A stretch of DNA of 63,478 nucleotides, the filler included, from Welwitschia mirabilis (Eukaryota): assembly GCA_051453625.1 (NCBI GenBank). It is 7 parts of one record of this genome, joined end to end, with 100 filler letters (N's around TTAATTAATTAA, not from the genome) between each part and the next. Parts side by side here need not be neighbours in the genome. Positions count along the whole stretch, not along the records: positions 1 to 21,163 come from JBOZIK010000001.1; positions 21,264 to 24,915 come from JBOZIK010000001.1; positions 25,016 to 32,192 come from JBOZIK010000001.1; 4 more parts are not named here. One strand, given 5' to 3'. The position numbers and the translations under genes are program-made. Positions 11,896 to 25,079 of the stretch are shown here, piece after piece. Below the pieces are notes generated by a model that saw nothing but the letters and a program-made list of their open reading frames with translations, made no database searches and was not told where the DNA came from. How positions within the stretch are numbered: position 1 is the stretch's first letter; each line of letters begins with the position of its first letter.

Positions 11896-12942
11896 GGAGT
11901 AAACTTGAATGTCATAATCTATTGATGGCATTAAACTTGAACCTAGAGAATTAATTTTCACAAAATATGTTTATTTTTTTCTTTTTATGATTTTAATAAT
12001 GAAAAGAAAAATGTAAGAAAATTAACACACTAATATAATGCAAATTCAATATACTCTAAATGCAATATCTATTCAACTACCAAATCTCTATCACCAAGAT
12101 CAGCTATGTATAAGCTAGATCAATCAAGGAAACTATCACTAATTCTAACTAATCTAGGCTATCAAGTACATGAAATAAAATATGGAAAATATGTAATCAT
12201 TAAGCTATGAAATATACAGTATAATGCAATGCAAATCCTAAACAAATAATTCCAATCTTGACAAAGGTTGTCCTTGATAACTTGTATCAATTATGAAATT
12301 TTTACAAAATCATAGTTAATATAAGCCGTAAGAGACATGTACATGAATAAAACTAAAAGAATATTTTCATTAAAAGTGGATCTCATTATAAAGCAATATC
12401 ATCTCAATGAAGGATACACAACCCAACACTAAGGAAGACTCCTCTCTGCAATTAATGAATGGATCTTCTATCCTTTAATATCCTATAATAAGAATTTTTG
12501 ATGCTAAATAAGAGGATTGGAGTTGATGTTAAATGTGATATTTATTTATAATAATAGGATTTAAGAACAGCAAATCTAATAGATGTAACTAAAATCCTAA
12601 GGATGCATGAGAGGTATCTGATACATTGCTCAAGTTTAGTGAAGTTTGATGCAATAACTAAAAGTAGGTATCATTCTTCTGATCATCTAGACGATGTGAA
12701 GATGATAGTTTTTTTAAACTTTTTCAATTAGTTGAATTTGACCTTATAGATCATTCATTCCTCTTAGAATGTAAAGTATCAAAATTCATTTAGAATGCCT
12801 TCAAATGCTTTGATAATTATGCATTTTCATGATTTTTTTCCTTGATTCTCAATAATTGTCATTTTTTCCTTAAACTTATTTAAATGTCCTACCAAAGTAC
12901 TCAAAATACCCCATCAAAAACATACAATTTGACATCAGAATA
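11896..12942 (-). mobile_element. Older Athila-like 3' LTR, truncated near its 3' end by the LTR at 10512-11895
   Basis: ACATCAGAATA (12932-12942, decayed LTR start) is followed by sequence matching the reverse complement of 1440-1498 (PPT region). The left end stops in the middle of the subterminal motif GGAGTAAACTTGAATGTCATAAT. Confidence 0.68.
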
Positions 12943-14545
12943 TGGCACTCCACTTACTCTTGTTATTCTCTAATAAAGTTAGTGAATAATTATAATTACA
13001 AGCGAAGTTGACTAAGATAAACACTAACTAGGGAATTGTAAATTAAGTATAGAAATTTCATTATGAAATATCAAATCTGAAAATGAAATAAAATAAATTG
13101 TTTTATCTAGTAGATAATGTAATCATGCTATTATCTAGGACATTGTTAGATAATTATGGGGATAATAGGCTCTTAAAAATATATATGTAAAATAAAGTAC
13201 CTGCAACTATACTAATCAAAAAACAAGATCAAAATACTTATCCATGAGTTAGCTCTATATTTAAAACATTTATTACATTAAAAAAAAAAGAATAGAGAGA
13301 TATTTAAATGTCATAAAAAAACGTATCATTATAAGATATAATAATAATGGCGTAGAAAAGTGTTGTGCATGTATAATCAAAAAACCTAATAATTCAAAAT
13401 TAATATTCATAAATAAAATGTTTATTTTTTAAGAATAATTTATAAGAGAAAATATGAAAAATAATTAATTATAACATTATTCCCTTCATCCATGGTCTTA
13501 TGAATTTCTTGGATTACTCATATAAGAAAACAAAATACAAGTATTTTGTTGTTAAGTACATGTTTTACTCAAAAATATCCATAATGTATTTTATTTAAAT
13601 AATAGATGATCAAAGTCAAACAAGTACATTATAGATATATCACATGAAATTATAAAAATAACCTTAAAAATCTAATATTTTTTCTCAAAATATCTCAAAA
13701 ATATATGTCCTACCCCCTTCATAGATGAATCAATATGTCCCATAGTGCATTAAAGTTAGAAGGGAAAAGGTGATAACACAAGTATAGTACAAGTAAGAAA
13801 AACACATGGGGCTTGGAGGAGTATTTTATCCATGAAAAGGAGGATTAAATTTACTATTAAAAAGATGAAACATAAAGATGATGCATCTCAATAAATATCA
13901 AAGCATCATCCAACTATATTGACTGACAATAAAGAGGAGAGAAGATCTTTTCAAAAGATTAGAAAAATTAAAAGTATTATTATAATAATTTCATCTTAGA
14001 TAGCATCATGAAGGTTTCAGAAACTTATCAGAAAATCTAAGAGATGAAAAATGGCTAAGAATCATGATAAACAAGGCATGACAAAGGAGGTGAATGCACC
14101 AAGTTAAGGAAGATTATGAAATGTGCTATAAAATCATATTTATTAGGGGAAAAATAGAATGCCCTAAAATTCAAAAAGAAAATTAGAGAGATAAATTTAA
14201 AAAAGTGGGAAAATTTATCATCATAAACTAAGAAAACATTATTTCTTAAAATAAAATTAACTTCTATAAGGAAAAATTACAAATAAAAATTAATAAATAA
14301 ACTACTAGATAATTAGGTCCTACATATTTGTAATGAAAAAGTATGAAAATCACTTTGAAATAATAAAGAAAAAAACTAAGCAAAACAAAAACAAAAATGA
14401 ACAACTAGGAACACGAACAAGATTATGTACCTAACCTAAATACAAATCTAGCAAACCCTTATGGAAGAAATCATAAAATCACCTCATTAATGATGCACGA
14501 CATAATGTAAAAAGTTCATAAAGTACCACCTGAATAGGCAAAATA
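12943..14545 (-). mobile_element. 3' internal region of an Athila-like element
   Basis: 14455-14540 is the reverse complement homolog of 183-262. 13660-13717 matches 890-950. Confidence 0.65.
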
Positions 14546-16725
14546 ATTTTTCTATAATTGAAAACATTAATTATAATTTTTTTGGGTTTTAAAAAGATAT
14601 TATAATTAAAAATTTAATAATTACTTAATTATGAATAAAACAATTATGGTTTCTTTTCATAAATTGGATTTGTAGTAGGATTCTTAAAAACTAACTTATC
14701 TTAGAATTATAAAAATATTATTTTTAAGGTCATAATTTATCATTTAAAATTATCAAATTTTTCAAAATTATATTCTTATTACATTACATTAAAATGATCA
14801 TAAATTTCAAAGTACTTTGAGTTTTAAAATGATTAAAGATGTTTTAAATAATTATTTAATTTCCTATAACATAGGATACTTAAGTTTTCAAATATCTTAA
14901 ATATTAGTTACATAAATGAAAATTAATTGCTTACTATTTTATAGATCTATTTCCTAACATATTTTAATAAATAAATTTCTTAAAAATTATTACCCATTAG
15001 ATAAATTACTATGTTTACATTATTACAATCATAACTTANNNNNNNNNNNNNNNNNNNNNNNNNNNNNNNNNNNNNNNNNNNNNNNNNNNNNNNNNNNNNN
15101 NNNNNNNNNNNNNNNNNNNNNNNNNNNNNNNNNNNNNNNNNNNNNNNNNNNNNNNNNNNNNNNNNNNNNNNNNNNNNNNNNNNNNNNNNNNNNNNNNNNN
15201 NNNNNNNNNNNNNNNNNNNNNNNNNNNNNNNNNNNNNNNNNNNNNNNNNNNNNNNNNNNTTATAGAAAGAAAAATCAAATCAATTCAAAAAAATCATTAT
15301 CATAAGGTTACGACTTGCATGAAAGAGTACTAGCTTAAAAGATATTTCTGAGAATCAGACAGTTGCTCTTAATAAGATGAACATGATGAATAAAAGATAA
15401 AAATATATTATTAAATAAACATTAATATGTAAATTTTCATTTTTTCTTTTTATAGTGAACTGATCACTTGGTCATAATCATCTATTAGTAACCTAAATTA
15501 TCAAGCAAAAAAGATATCTTATAACTCACTAGTTTCTTGGTGAGATCAATAGGAGGAAATAATATTTTAAAAAAAGTAATTTTAAGGTATTAATAATAAT
15601 GGTCTAATGCAGTATATCATTAATCTACTAGAATCTCTAAAAATGATCATATGAACAACATGATTAAAAGCTTACTTTAAAAGAATAGTAAGTTCTTGAT
15701 AATTGAATATTGATGAAGATCCAAGCTTGAGAATCCTTTTCTCTAAGCTTTTAATCTGTAAACTCCATAAGCTAGAAAATGAAAAGAAAGAGAGAGGAAA
15801 AAAGGAAATGCACTTGCATAAAAAATGGAAAGTATCTCCTCCCTTACAAAAGAGGAAAGGATCTTAGAATATAGATAAATAATAGGCACATAGCTTAAGA
15901 TATAAGATCACATAGTTTATAATTGATAATNNNNNNNNNNNNNNNNNNNNNNNNNNNNNNNNNNNNNNNNNNNNNNNNNNNNNNNNNNNNNNNNNNNNNN
16001 NNNNNNNNNNNNNNNNNNNNNNNNNNNNNNNNNNNNNNNNNNNNNNNNNNNNNNNNNNNNNNNNNNNNNNNNNNNNNNNNNNNNNNNNNNNNNNNNNNNN
16101 NNNNNNNNNNNNNNNNNNNNNNNNNNNNNNNNNNNNNNNNNNNNNNNNNNNNNNNNNNNNNNNNNNNNNNNNNNNNNNNNNNNNNNNNNNNNNNNNNNNN
16201 NNNNNNNNNNNNNNNNNNNNNNNNNNNNNNNNNNNNNNNNNNNNNNNNNNNNNNNNNNNNNNNNNNNNNNNNNNNNNNNNNNNNNNNNNNNNNNNNNNNN
16301 NNNNNNNNNNNNNNNNNNNNNNNNNNNNNNNNNNNNNNNNNNNNNNNNNNNNNNNNNNNNNNNNNNNNNNNNNNNNNNNNNNNNNNNNNNNNNNNNNNNN
16401 NNNNNNNNNNNNNNNNNNNNNNNNNNNNNAATAGGCACATAGCTTAAGATCATAAGATCACATAGTTTATAATTGATAATCAAGATGAGTAATAAGTGAA
16501 ATTGAAGTAGAAAAAGAGAATATATTTATAACTCATAAACCTAAATAGGATATGTAATATTATTTCCTTAATTAATAAGGTTAATTACATTTATCATTTA
16601 CTCATTCTAGCTTCTTATTAATCCTTCATTGACTCATAAGTAAGTTTAATGTTTTTTTTTACATTCAAAAAAGAATACATGCATCAATTTTAATATTATC
16701 ATATGGAATAATGAAGTAAACTTGT

Positions 16726-17818
16726 TATTACACTACCAACTTATGTATATTTAATAAGGTATTTTGAGTATTTTTGCATGATACTAGGCATGTTTATACT
16801 AGATTTTCATGATAATAGAAAGCTAAGATAAAAAACACAAAAACATATTATTTCAATGATATTTTATAGCATTTATAGTAGTTTACAATTCTTCCTATTT
16901 TGAAGTAAACTTCTTACAAACATTGAGATTGATGCATTACATAAACACTTGTAGAAGTCTATCGTTCACCTCTTCATTTAGATGACTATATAGATGATAG
17001 AATAGTTAAAGATAATGAGAATGATAACTATGATTAATTTGATAGATGATATGGATTACTATTGGATAGCATTGTCCCCTGTATCATTTGAACAACCAGC
17101 AAGATGACATGTATTATAATGTTCCACTGGACATTCACCTAATTTTTTTCATTTATTTTTATGTTTCTTACATGGATGTTAGGGTTGTGCTCATGTCTAT
17201 TTGTCTGTTTGTTTTTTTTTGTCTGATTATCAATAAGTATAGTTTCCACCCTTGACTTTATCTTGTCTTTTCTTAAACCAGAAATTCTCATGATAAGAGA
17301 TCAAAGGACCAAATATCCATCCTTAGTAATTGCATAGAAACATGTTCCTTAGTGTTGGATTATGATTCCTCCATTAAAGTATGGCTATTTTGTAATATAG
17401 ATGTGGTTTAAGATAATAAAAAAACTCTTTTTTTATTTTCTATGCTTATTGTTACTTATTCCTCATAGTTTAGGTTGTTTCTAATTCAATGACGGTTTCT
17501 TAAGTGATATAGGTTATGAGGGCTACCTTTGTCAAGGTTGAGCATTATTAGTTAAGGTGTATTACTATTTTTCTTTCTTGAGTTAACTTTACATAAGTGT
17601 ATTTCATCATAAATTTTTACATTACAATTTATTTTTATTACTAAAATACATAAGTATTTCATAGTGAAATCAATTCTCTTTTTTCTAACCTAGGCCTTTG
17701 ATGAATTATGACATTCAGGTCTACTCCCATCTATATTAGTGTATAATTTTGTGAAAAATATCTATTTTACTTATGAATGATATAATCTTCTTTAGTGCAA
17801 TCATTTACACAAGTAACA
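16726..17818 (+). mobile_element. Decayed Athila-like LTR (solo or orphan)
   Basis: Start TATTACACTACCAACTT aligns with TATTGTGTCACCAACTT at 30524. Subterminal TTATGACATTCAGGTCTACTCCCATCTATATTAGTGT at ~17706. Ends ACACAAGTAACA. No TSD visible. Confidence 0.62.
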
Positions 17819-17824
17819 GAATCT

Positions 17825-18110
17825 CCTTGATGAAAAATGTACTCATGCTACACATCATCAATTAATCTATAAAGCCTAAGCTAAGTTTAAACATGATAAA
17901 AATTACTTTGTAAAACATTTGAACTTGATTAAATTATTCTTTCATATAATACTAGAGTACGTATTTAGAATAACAAGTTGACCTCTAAATGGTTAAGTTC
18001 TTATTTTATAGAGAGAATGCATTCTAATGGCTCTATTGAGATTTCTGACTTAGAGACTTAAGGAGATTCAAATAGTTAATGGACAACAGTTGAAACTATA
18101 TGAAGAATCT
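17825..18110 (+). pseudogene. Gypsy integrase C-terminal (GPY/F) remnant
   Basis: Manual translation across frameshifts: LIYKA*AKFKHDK...SYNTRVRI*NNKLTSKWLSSYFIERMHSNGSIEI...VNGQQLKLY. Matches the Athila-type KLKSRWSGPF...VNGQRLKHY tail. Confidence 0.75.
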
Positions 18111-21100
18111 TTCATTGCAATTATGAACATAATGGAAGCACTTGTTTTGAAGGTTCCTCTTAATGAGAAGAACTTTTGTCCTATCATTGTCTGAATTCTT
18201 GCTTATCTTATTCCTTTAGTAGATGTTATGATGTCACTTCATCATCTTTTAAACTTAACTAATTTGTTACTTTATGAAGTTTTCTATGACTAGTATTTGT
18301 ACTTAGGCATTTTACAATGGTAATATTATATTCATCTAATCTTAAGAGATTCCCATGTCTATAGACTTTACTTTGAAGGAAGATGTCTTATTTCTTGTGC
18401 CTTTTTTTAATGCTGTAAGGTCTTTAGTTGTTTGAAAGTGTTCTTTTCTATCTTTTATCTCACTTATTCACCTTAATCTTTTTAATTATGTGATCTTAGG
18501 GAAATTTCCCCAAAAAATTAAAAAAAGTAAAGAAAAATACATGGTCACCATGATGTCCTACTACATGGAGGTAAATTTTTCTAAAAGGAACCTTTGGTAG
18601 TGTTGATAGTTGTGGGAACTCCACTAGGGTGTTAATTATCCATGCTTCATGAGTTCTTACTTCTTTTACTATGGTTGCAATCCCCTCATCATCAAAAACA
18701 TTATAATAAACTTTAAGGCTATAAGAATAGTGGTGTTCTTAGTGTCATCAGAGGTATTGCTTGTTTCCTAGACTCTTAGTATTCCCATAAGATTATTTCA
18801 CTTTTAAAGATTTAGGTGTGTTTATTAGGTGTAAGTAAGTGAGTTCATTTTTAAGTATCTTTTGATCTTGTCATTCATTGTTCTAAGTACTTACGTTTTG
18901 ATATCACCATAATCACTACATTTTCTAGTGGAAATTAATAGAGTTTATAGATCTTTTCATGCATTTTTTACTCAGGTAGCTTTATGATGGCTTCCTTGGG
19001 ATTTTGCCAATTTAGAATTTGGGATAGTTAAGAAATCATCTCTTTATTCCTTATCTCCATTTTCATTTTACATTTTTTTAGTTTTTTAGTTTGCTATTTC
19101 AAAGTCATTTTTACATTTTCTTATTTTTACATAGGACCTTATCAGTTAGTAGTTTTGTNNNNNNNNNNNNNNNNNNNNNNNNNNNNNNNNNNNNNNNNNN
19201 NNNNNNNNNNNNNNNNNNNNNNNNNNNNNNNNNNNNNNNNNNNNNNNNNNNNNNNNNNNNNNNNNNNNNNNNNNNNNNNNNNNNNNNNNNNNNNNNNNNN
19301 NNNNNNNNNNNNNNNNNNNNNNNNNNNNNNNNNNNNNNNNNNNNNNNNNNNNNNNNNNNNNNNNNNNNNNNNNNNNNNNNNNNNNNNNNNNNNNNNNNNN
19401 NNNNNNNNNNNNNNNNNNNNNNNNNNNNNNNNNNNNNNNNNNNNNNNNNNNNNNNNNNNNNNNNNNNNNNNNNNNNNNNNNNNNNNNNNNNNNNNNNNNN
19501 NNNNNNNNNNNNNNNNNNNATTCATGTAATATCATTTTCATTTAGAATTTGAATTAATTAGAACATCTTTTTCATTTCATATCTTTTATGAGATTCCTTG
19601 GACCTTATGGATTTTTTTGCTTTATCTTATTTGATTCTTTAATTCTGGCATATTCATTTAGTTTTCATTATTAGGTTTTTGCCTAGTTAGTTCGTTTTCT
19701 TTAGCCCTAGTTTTATTTTATTTTATTTTTTACACTTTATCTTGATTTTCACTATTTTCTTTCTTATTTCCCTTTTTTTTTTGAGCTTTTTAATAAAATA
19801 TAATACTTTGATGATCATATTTAAGTTCAACTTTGTTAGTTGATATCTTTATTTTTACTAGAATTTTCATAGTTCCATCGTCCATGTGATCATCTAGATG
19901 AGACCAAATGGATGATAGTCTAATTTTTCTTGAGAGTTTTCCTAGGGATATCATCTACATGATATGACTAAATGATAGTGTGATAAGACTATAGTATAAA
20001 CCATTTTTCCTTATTTTTCTTCATTTTCTTATCATTTATACCCATTCCTTTGAGAGATAATGACCCCCTTAAATCTTGCTAGCACCTTGAACTTTGTTCC
20101 ACTTGATTTGATGTCTATATTTTCAAGTTTTTAATTAAATTTTTTAAAACAAGGTACATTTTTTTCTTACTCTTGTTTTTCAATAGTTACCCCATTTTTT
20201 AGGCTTTTGACATGTAGTTTTCATGTATGTTTGTCAGTTTTTTATACTCTTTAGTTTGAAACTTAGGGATTTGATTTTCACCACGTATTTTGAAAGTTAT
20301 GGTTAGTTGTGCATTTTATGAGAGAATTTTAACTTTCCATCTTTTACATTCAATTTCTTACAAATTTTTAATTAAACCATAGTAGTCCTTTAGAAAAAAT
20401 TAATCAGTTGGACATGTTCTACAATACTATTAAATTAGATTTTTCATTTAAGTACTTCATATTTTTACAATATGTGGAGTCCACTTAAAAAACTGCTTTT
20501 TCATTTTTCACATATTTTACATTTTACTTCTCATGTCTAGGTAATAAGAAATGTATTAGCACTTTTAAGGGGAAGTTAGGATGTATTTTCATCATTTTTC
20601 CTATTTTTTATCAATTATAGGGGTCATTTTTATGGATCTATGTGATGTACCTGATGTGTCTATCCACTTGTGCATGATGTTTTTTGTGTATTTTTAACTA
20701 AGTCGTCCCTGTATGCATAGATCTAGATAGGTTAAGACTAAGATCAAAGCTATAGATTAGGATGCAGGCCCTTGAGTAATGTTATAGGTTAAGCATGTAG
20801 AGTTGATATGTCCCCCGTCTTGACACAGACAATCATTAATGATTCATATCGAGCACCATTCTTAAGATAAAATGAGCCAACTAGAACTCAAGGTTGATCA
20901 AAGACTCTATGACATTTAGCTCTAATGGATTTTAGATGCACATGAGTCATACTATATATAAAAAATAAGAGATTTCTATGACACTATGCATACTAAATGA
21001 CATCCAGACTCTCGTGGTCATTTAGTTGATATAATCATAGCATATATTCAAGACTAAAATATTACTATACTTCTATCCCATATCATAGTAGTTATAGATG

Positions 21101-21163
21101 TAGGTAGGCTTAGGAGTTTACATATTTATTTAACTAAATGAGCTAAGAAGAGTCATGCATATG
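18111..21163 (+). mobile_element. Probable post-integrase non-coding 3' region of an Athila-like element
   Basis: Follows the integrase tail, is T-rich and lacks ORFs. Has TTTCAATAGTTACCCC (~20179) and TTTAAGGGGAAG (~20564) tracts. The assignment is largely positional. Confidence 0.4.
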
Positions 21164-21263
21164 NNNNNNNNNNNNNNNNNNNNNNNNNNNNNNNNNNNNN
21201 NNNNNNNTTAATTAATTAANNNNNNNNNNNNNNNNNNNNNNNNNNNNNNNNNNNNNNNNNNNN
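21164..21263. other. Artificial assembly join spacer N44-TTAATTAATTAA-N44
   Basis: Exactly 100 bp. The same construct occurs at 24916-25015, 32193-32292, 57971-58070, 60076-60175 and 61873-61972. The 12-mer gives stop codons in all six frames. Confidence 0.97.
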
Positions 21264-21420
21264 TGAAATCAACTCTTTATTGTCCATACCATTGGCCTTC
21301 GATAGAATTACGACATTCGGATCACTCCGTCTATACTAGCGTGTTGTATTTTGCATCGTTTTATAAATTAACAGGATTGAAATTGGAACGTGAAACATTG
21401 CACAAATACACACCATAACA
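21264..21420 (+). mobile_element. 3' end of a relatively well-preserved Athila-like LTR
   Basis: TTACGACATTCGGATCACTCCGTCTATACTAGCGTG (CpGs retained) ... AAATACACACCATAACA. A near-identical end occurs at 25016-25079 (ACACACCGCAACA). Confidence 0.75.
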
Positions 21421-23225
21421 ATAGGTTTAAGGACAAAATAATGATTATTAAGAATCAAGGAGAAAATCACAAAAATTCACAAATACTCCTACTTTTGGAG
21501 ACATTTTGAATTAACTTTAATACTTTACATTTTGAGGAGGAATTAATGAGATTCAAAGCTAATTTAACTTAATAAAGACATTCAAGAATGTTTTCATCCC
21601 TTGCTTTATCCAGATGAAATTCCAAGATGAGAACACTTGCATGCTGACTAGACTAATATGAAAACTAAATATAGAAGTTTCTTGATATGGCATCATCCCC
21701 ATCATTATTCAAATGACATCCAGGATGACACCTAAAATTATTTGATGTGTCAAACTTTACCTAACTTGTGTAAGGCATCATGCACTTTTTGCACATCATT
21801 AGGGTTTCTCATGTGTATATTAGATAATCTATTTTTAAGAATATTATTATTAATAATTACAGCCTTTACCCCTAACTTTAATCATCTTCATTGCATTAGA
21901 CATTCTTGTCATAGGAGATTGAAGGGTCAAAGATTTATCTGTTAGTTTTAGAAAGGGATTTTCTCTAGTATTCAACTATGTCTCCTTCATCGAGGTATTC
22001 TTATTTATAAAAATATGTTGATTTGACTCTTATTGGAAATTATCTTTTAGTTTTATTTATTCATATGCATGTACCTTATGGTTTATGTTGCTTATGATTC
22101 TATGACAACTTCATTTATAATATAGGTCATCAAGGGAAATCTTTATCAAGGTTGAAATCATTAATTTAAAAACTTTGATTTGCATTTTATATGTCTTAGA
22201 TTAATAATTACATGTTTTTCATATTATGTTTAATTTACTTGATAGCCTAGGTTGGTTTTAACTAGTGACAGTTTTCTTGATTGATCTAGATGATATAAGG
22301 TTGATGTTGATGACAAAGATTTGGTAGTCAAATAGATACTACATTTAGAGTAGTTTGCATTTTGCATTTCCATAGTGTATTTACTTTTCTTGCATTGTTA
22401 ATTTTCATTTTTAACCTTTACTTCATAAAAAGCAATACTTTTTCTTCTTGTCTGGTGCATTTGATAGATTATAACAGTTGGGTCTTCTTCTATATATATT
22501 AGTGTTTTTTGTTTATGCATATATTTATTATTGACAAGAGATTAAAGGGCATCATATTCATCCTTTGTTATTTCAAAGAGACATCTTTCTTAGTTTTAGG
22601 TTGTATATCCTTCCTTAAGGTATTACTACTCTATAACATGGATGTCCATTCAAATTAATCAAAACTCTATTTTTATTTTTATATTTTTTATTTTGTGCAT
22701 CTCCCTTTTGATTTGTGTTGCTTATGGTTCTATGATAGCTTTATCTATGATACAGATCATGAGGGTAATCTTTGTTAAGGTTGATACTAGTAGTTTAGAT
22801 GCATTACATTTTATTTCCTAAAAATAACTTATACTATTTTGATAGTATATTCAATGCAATTGATAGATTAGATTGATCTTGATTTTGTAATGAATTTCCT
22901 TGATTGATCTAGGTTATACAAATCTAATTTCTAGGACAGGTCAATTTGATAATCAAATAGATATTGCAATTATATTATTTTTACATCTTATTTCCATAAG
23001 TATGTTTACTTACATTATTTATTTTACATTATTATTTTGTTCTACTTATGAAGTACATTAGTATTTCATTTGAAATCAATTCTAATTCTTATCATCTATT
23101 CCTCTAATACAATTATGACATTTGGGTTTACTCCCATTTATATTAGTGTGTTGTGTTTATGTATATATTATTGATTAACAAGATTTAACTAATAATATAA
23201 TGTTATATAAATACATACTATAATA
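21421..23225 (+). mobile_element. Athila-like LTR lacking its start (21421-~22532), fused to a second LTR 3' half (~22533-23225)
   Basis: 21430-21570 is the reverse complement homolog of ~12740-12880. The subterminal motif occurs twice (~22469 and ~23112). The GACAAGAGATTAAAGG block restarts at ~22533. Ends ATACATACTATAATA. Confidence 0.62.
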
Positions 23226-23469
23226 GTATTTGGTATTACCTTAAAGTATATTCTAGAGATCATAGTCTTGAGAACTAAATCTCTAATGATGATGATCTCT
23301 GCATTAGCATAAAATAAATCAACAATCTCTATAATTACATTTGGATAGGATGTAAACTAACTTTTCCACTTCTAATACTTAAATATTTACTTAACTAAAA
23401 GGTAAAGGGATTTAAAGATGGATATTTATTTCCATTTCTCTAATAATAGTATTTAATTTAAAGTATGTT

Positions 23470-24788
23470 TGTTTCAATTCCAAATTATCATGTTTTAATG
23501 GTGTAATTTGTGATATTTTATAGGGAACAGGAACTCAATTCAGTCATTTTCATGCACTTTATTATGACCTAATTTGGAATTCAATTCAGTCATTTTCATG
23601 CACTTTATTAATAGTCTAATTATGTTAAGAAATGTCATCTTTCTATCTAAAAGGGTAGGAATTCAATCAAGGAATAAAATGAGGCAAAAAAGGGATGGAA
23701 GGACTAAGGAANNNNNNNNNNNNNNNNNNNNNNNNNNNNNNNNNNNNNNNNNNNNNNNNNNNNNNNNNNNNNNNNNNNNNNNNNNNNNNNNNNNNNNNNN
23801 NNNNNNNNNNNGGCAAAAAAGGAATGGAAGGACCAAGGAAATAACTTTTGTCCCATTTGTGATCCCCACAACATAGGATAAGGCTGACATGAAAGATAAT
23901 TACGTGGACTGCTAATGTGGCTATCATGTGCTATGTCATCTCCACAACATAGGAGACAACATAACCGTTACTTGGAAATTTGAATAACAACAGGATTCTG
24001 ATGTGGCAATTTATGATTAGCTGATGGAAGGTTGTCATGTTCACTATTATGCCCATGATGACAATAACATGACAGTGCCATAACTTCTTCCTAACCAAGT
24101 CAATTAAGGTCTAGTTTATGCCTAATGATGTTCCTTCTCCTGTATAGATCTACCTGATCCATAACCACCTTAGGAAAACTATAAAAACCCTTATCTGGCA
24201 TTATTTAGTCATCTTTTAGCATTGGAGGATTTTTTGACAAAGGCATCTAAGGAGTTAAGGGTCCAATTTAGTATAGGAGAGATCATTCTTTGTGTGAAGG
24301 CTATGTTTCTGACATTGAGAAGTCACTACCTTACTGAGGTGTTGTAAAGACATTTCATTTATTTAATAAAATGTCTTTCTTATTCTATTCTTATGATGTC
24401 TTTTATGATTTATGTTGAAATTTGATTAATACTATTCCTTAGATTAATTTCTAATTAGACATAGGTCATAAGGACTAAGTTGGATAACAATAACTTAAAA
24501 AATTGGTTATCATAGGCTTGCATTTCATTTCTCTTTCATACTTTTCATTGCATATTAGAATAGTTGCATTGTCAATTTTCTTTTTGCATAAAAAAGCATA
24601 AAATTACTCAAAAATATTGAATTGGAATTTAAGTTGCATTCTTTCTCATTCATGTACTTGGTTAGATTGTTGTCTTACGCTCTTTAGATTACGACATTCA
24701 TTAGTTAATTTACTCTATACTAAGCCTAATTGCAATTTATTATTTATAGCATTGATTACTTTTGAAGTGTAAATTTAGGCCACTAACA
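23470..24788 (+). mobile_element. 5' LTR, Athila-like subfamily A (length inflated by a gap and a short tandem duplication)
   Basis: TGTTTCAATTCCAAATTATCATG...GCCACTAACA. Collinear with 27997-29163 and 43367-44564, and followed by a PBS. Confidence 0.85.
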
Positions 24789-24791
24789 TTT

Positions 24792-24809
24792 TGATGCCAT
24801 TGCTAGGGA
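24792..24809 (+). promoter_or_regulatory. Primer binding site, tRNA-Asp type
   Basis: TGATGCCATTGCTAGGGA, 3 nt after the LTR end. Differs from TGGCGCCGTTGCCGGGGA only by transitions. Confidence 0.75.
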
Positions 24810-25015
24810 GTATCAGAACAAGCTATCAAGTGCATTCAAATCAAAAGGAAATGGATTGAATTTTTGCTATCATTAGTTCTATTTACTTTTAATTTTTATC
24901 TAATACCTATTGGTGNNNNNNNNNNNNNNNNNNNNNNNNNNNNNNNNNNNNNNNNNNNNTTAATTAATTAANNNNNNNNNNNNNNNNNNNNNNNNNNNNN
25001 NNNNNNNNNNNNNNN

Positions 25016-25079
25016 TCTTATTGATAAATAACAGGATTAAATTTGAACGTGAACTATTGCACAAATACACACCGCAACA
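25016..25079 (+). mobile_element. 3' terminus of another Athila-like LTR
   Basis: AACAGGATTAAATTTGAACGTGAACTATTGCACAAATACACACCGCAACA matches 21370-21420. Confidence 0.7.

Noticed and set aside
15880..16480. Short direct repeats flanking gaps (also 25658/25798, 25983/26128, 48355/48480, 58503/59040)
   Set aside because: Near-identical sequence on both sides of an N run is typical of unmerged contig overlaps, not biological duplication.
21208..21219. TTAATTAATTAA as a PacI-like or piggyBac TTAA-related site
   Set aside because: Always centred in exactly 44+44 Ns, so it is a synthetic spacer.
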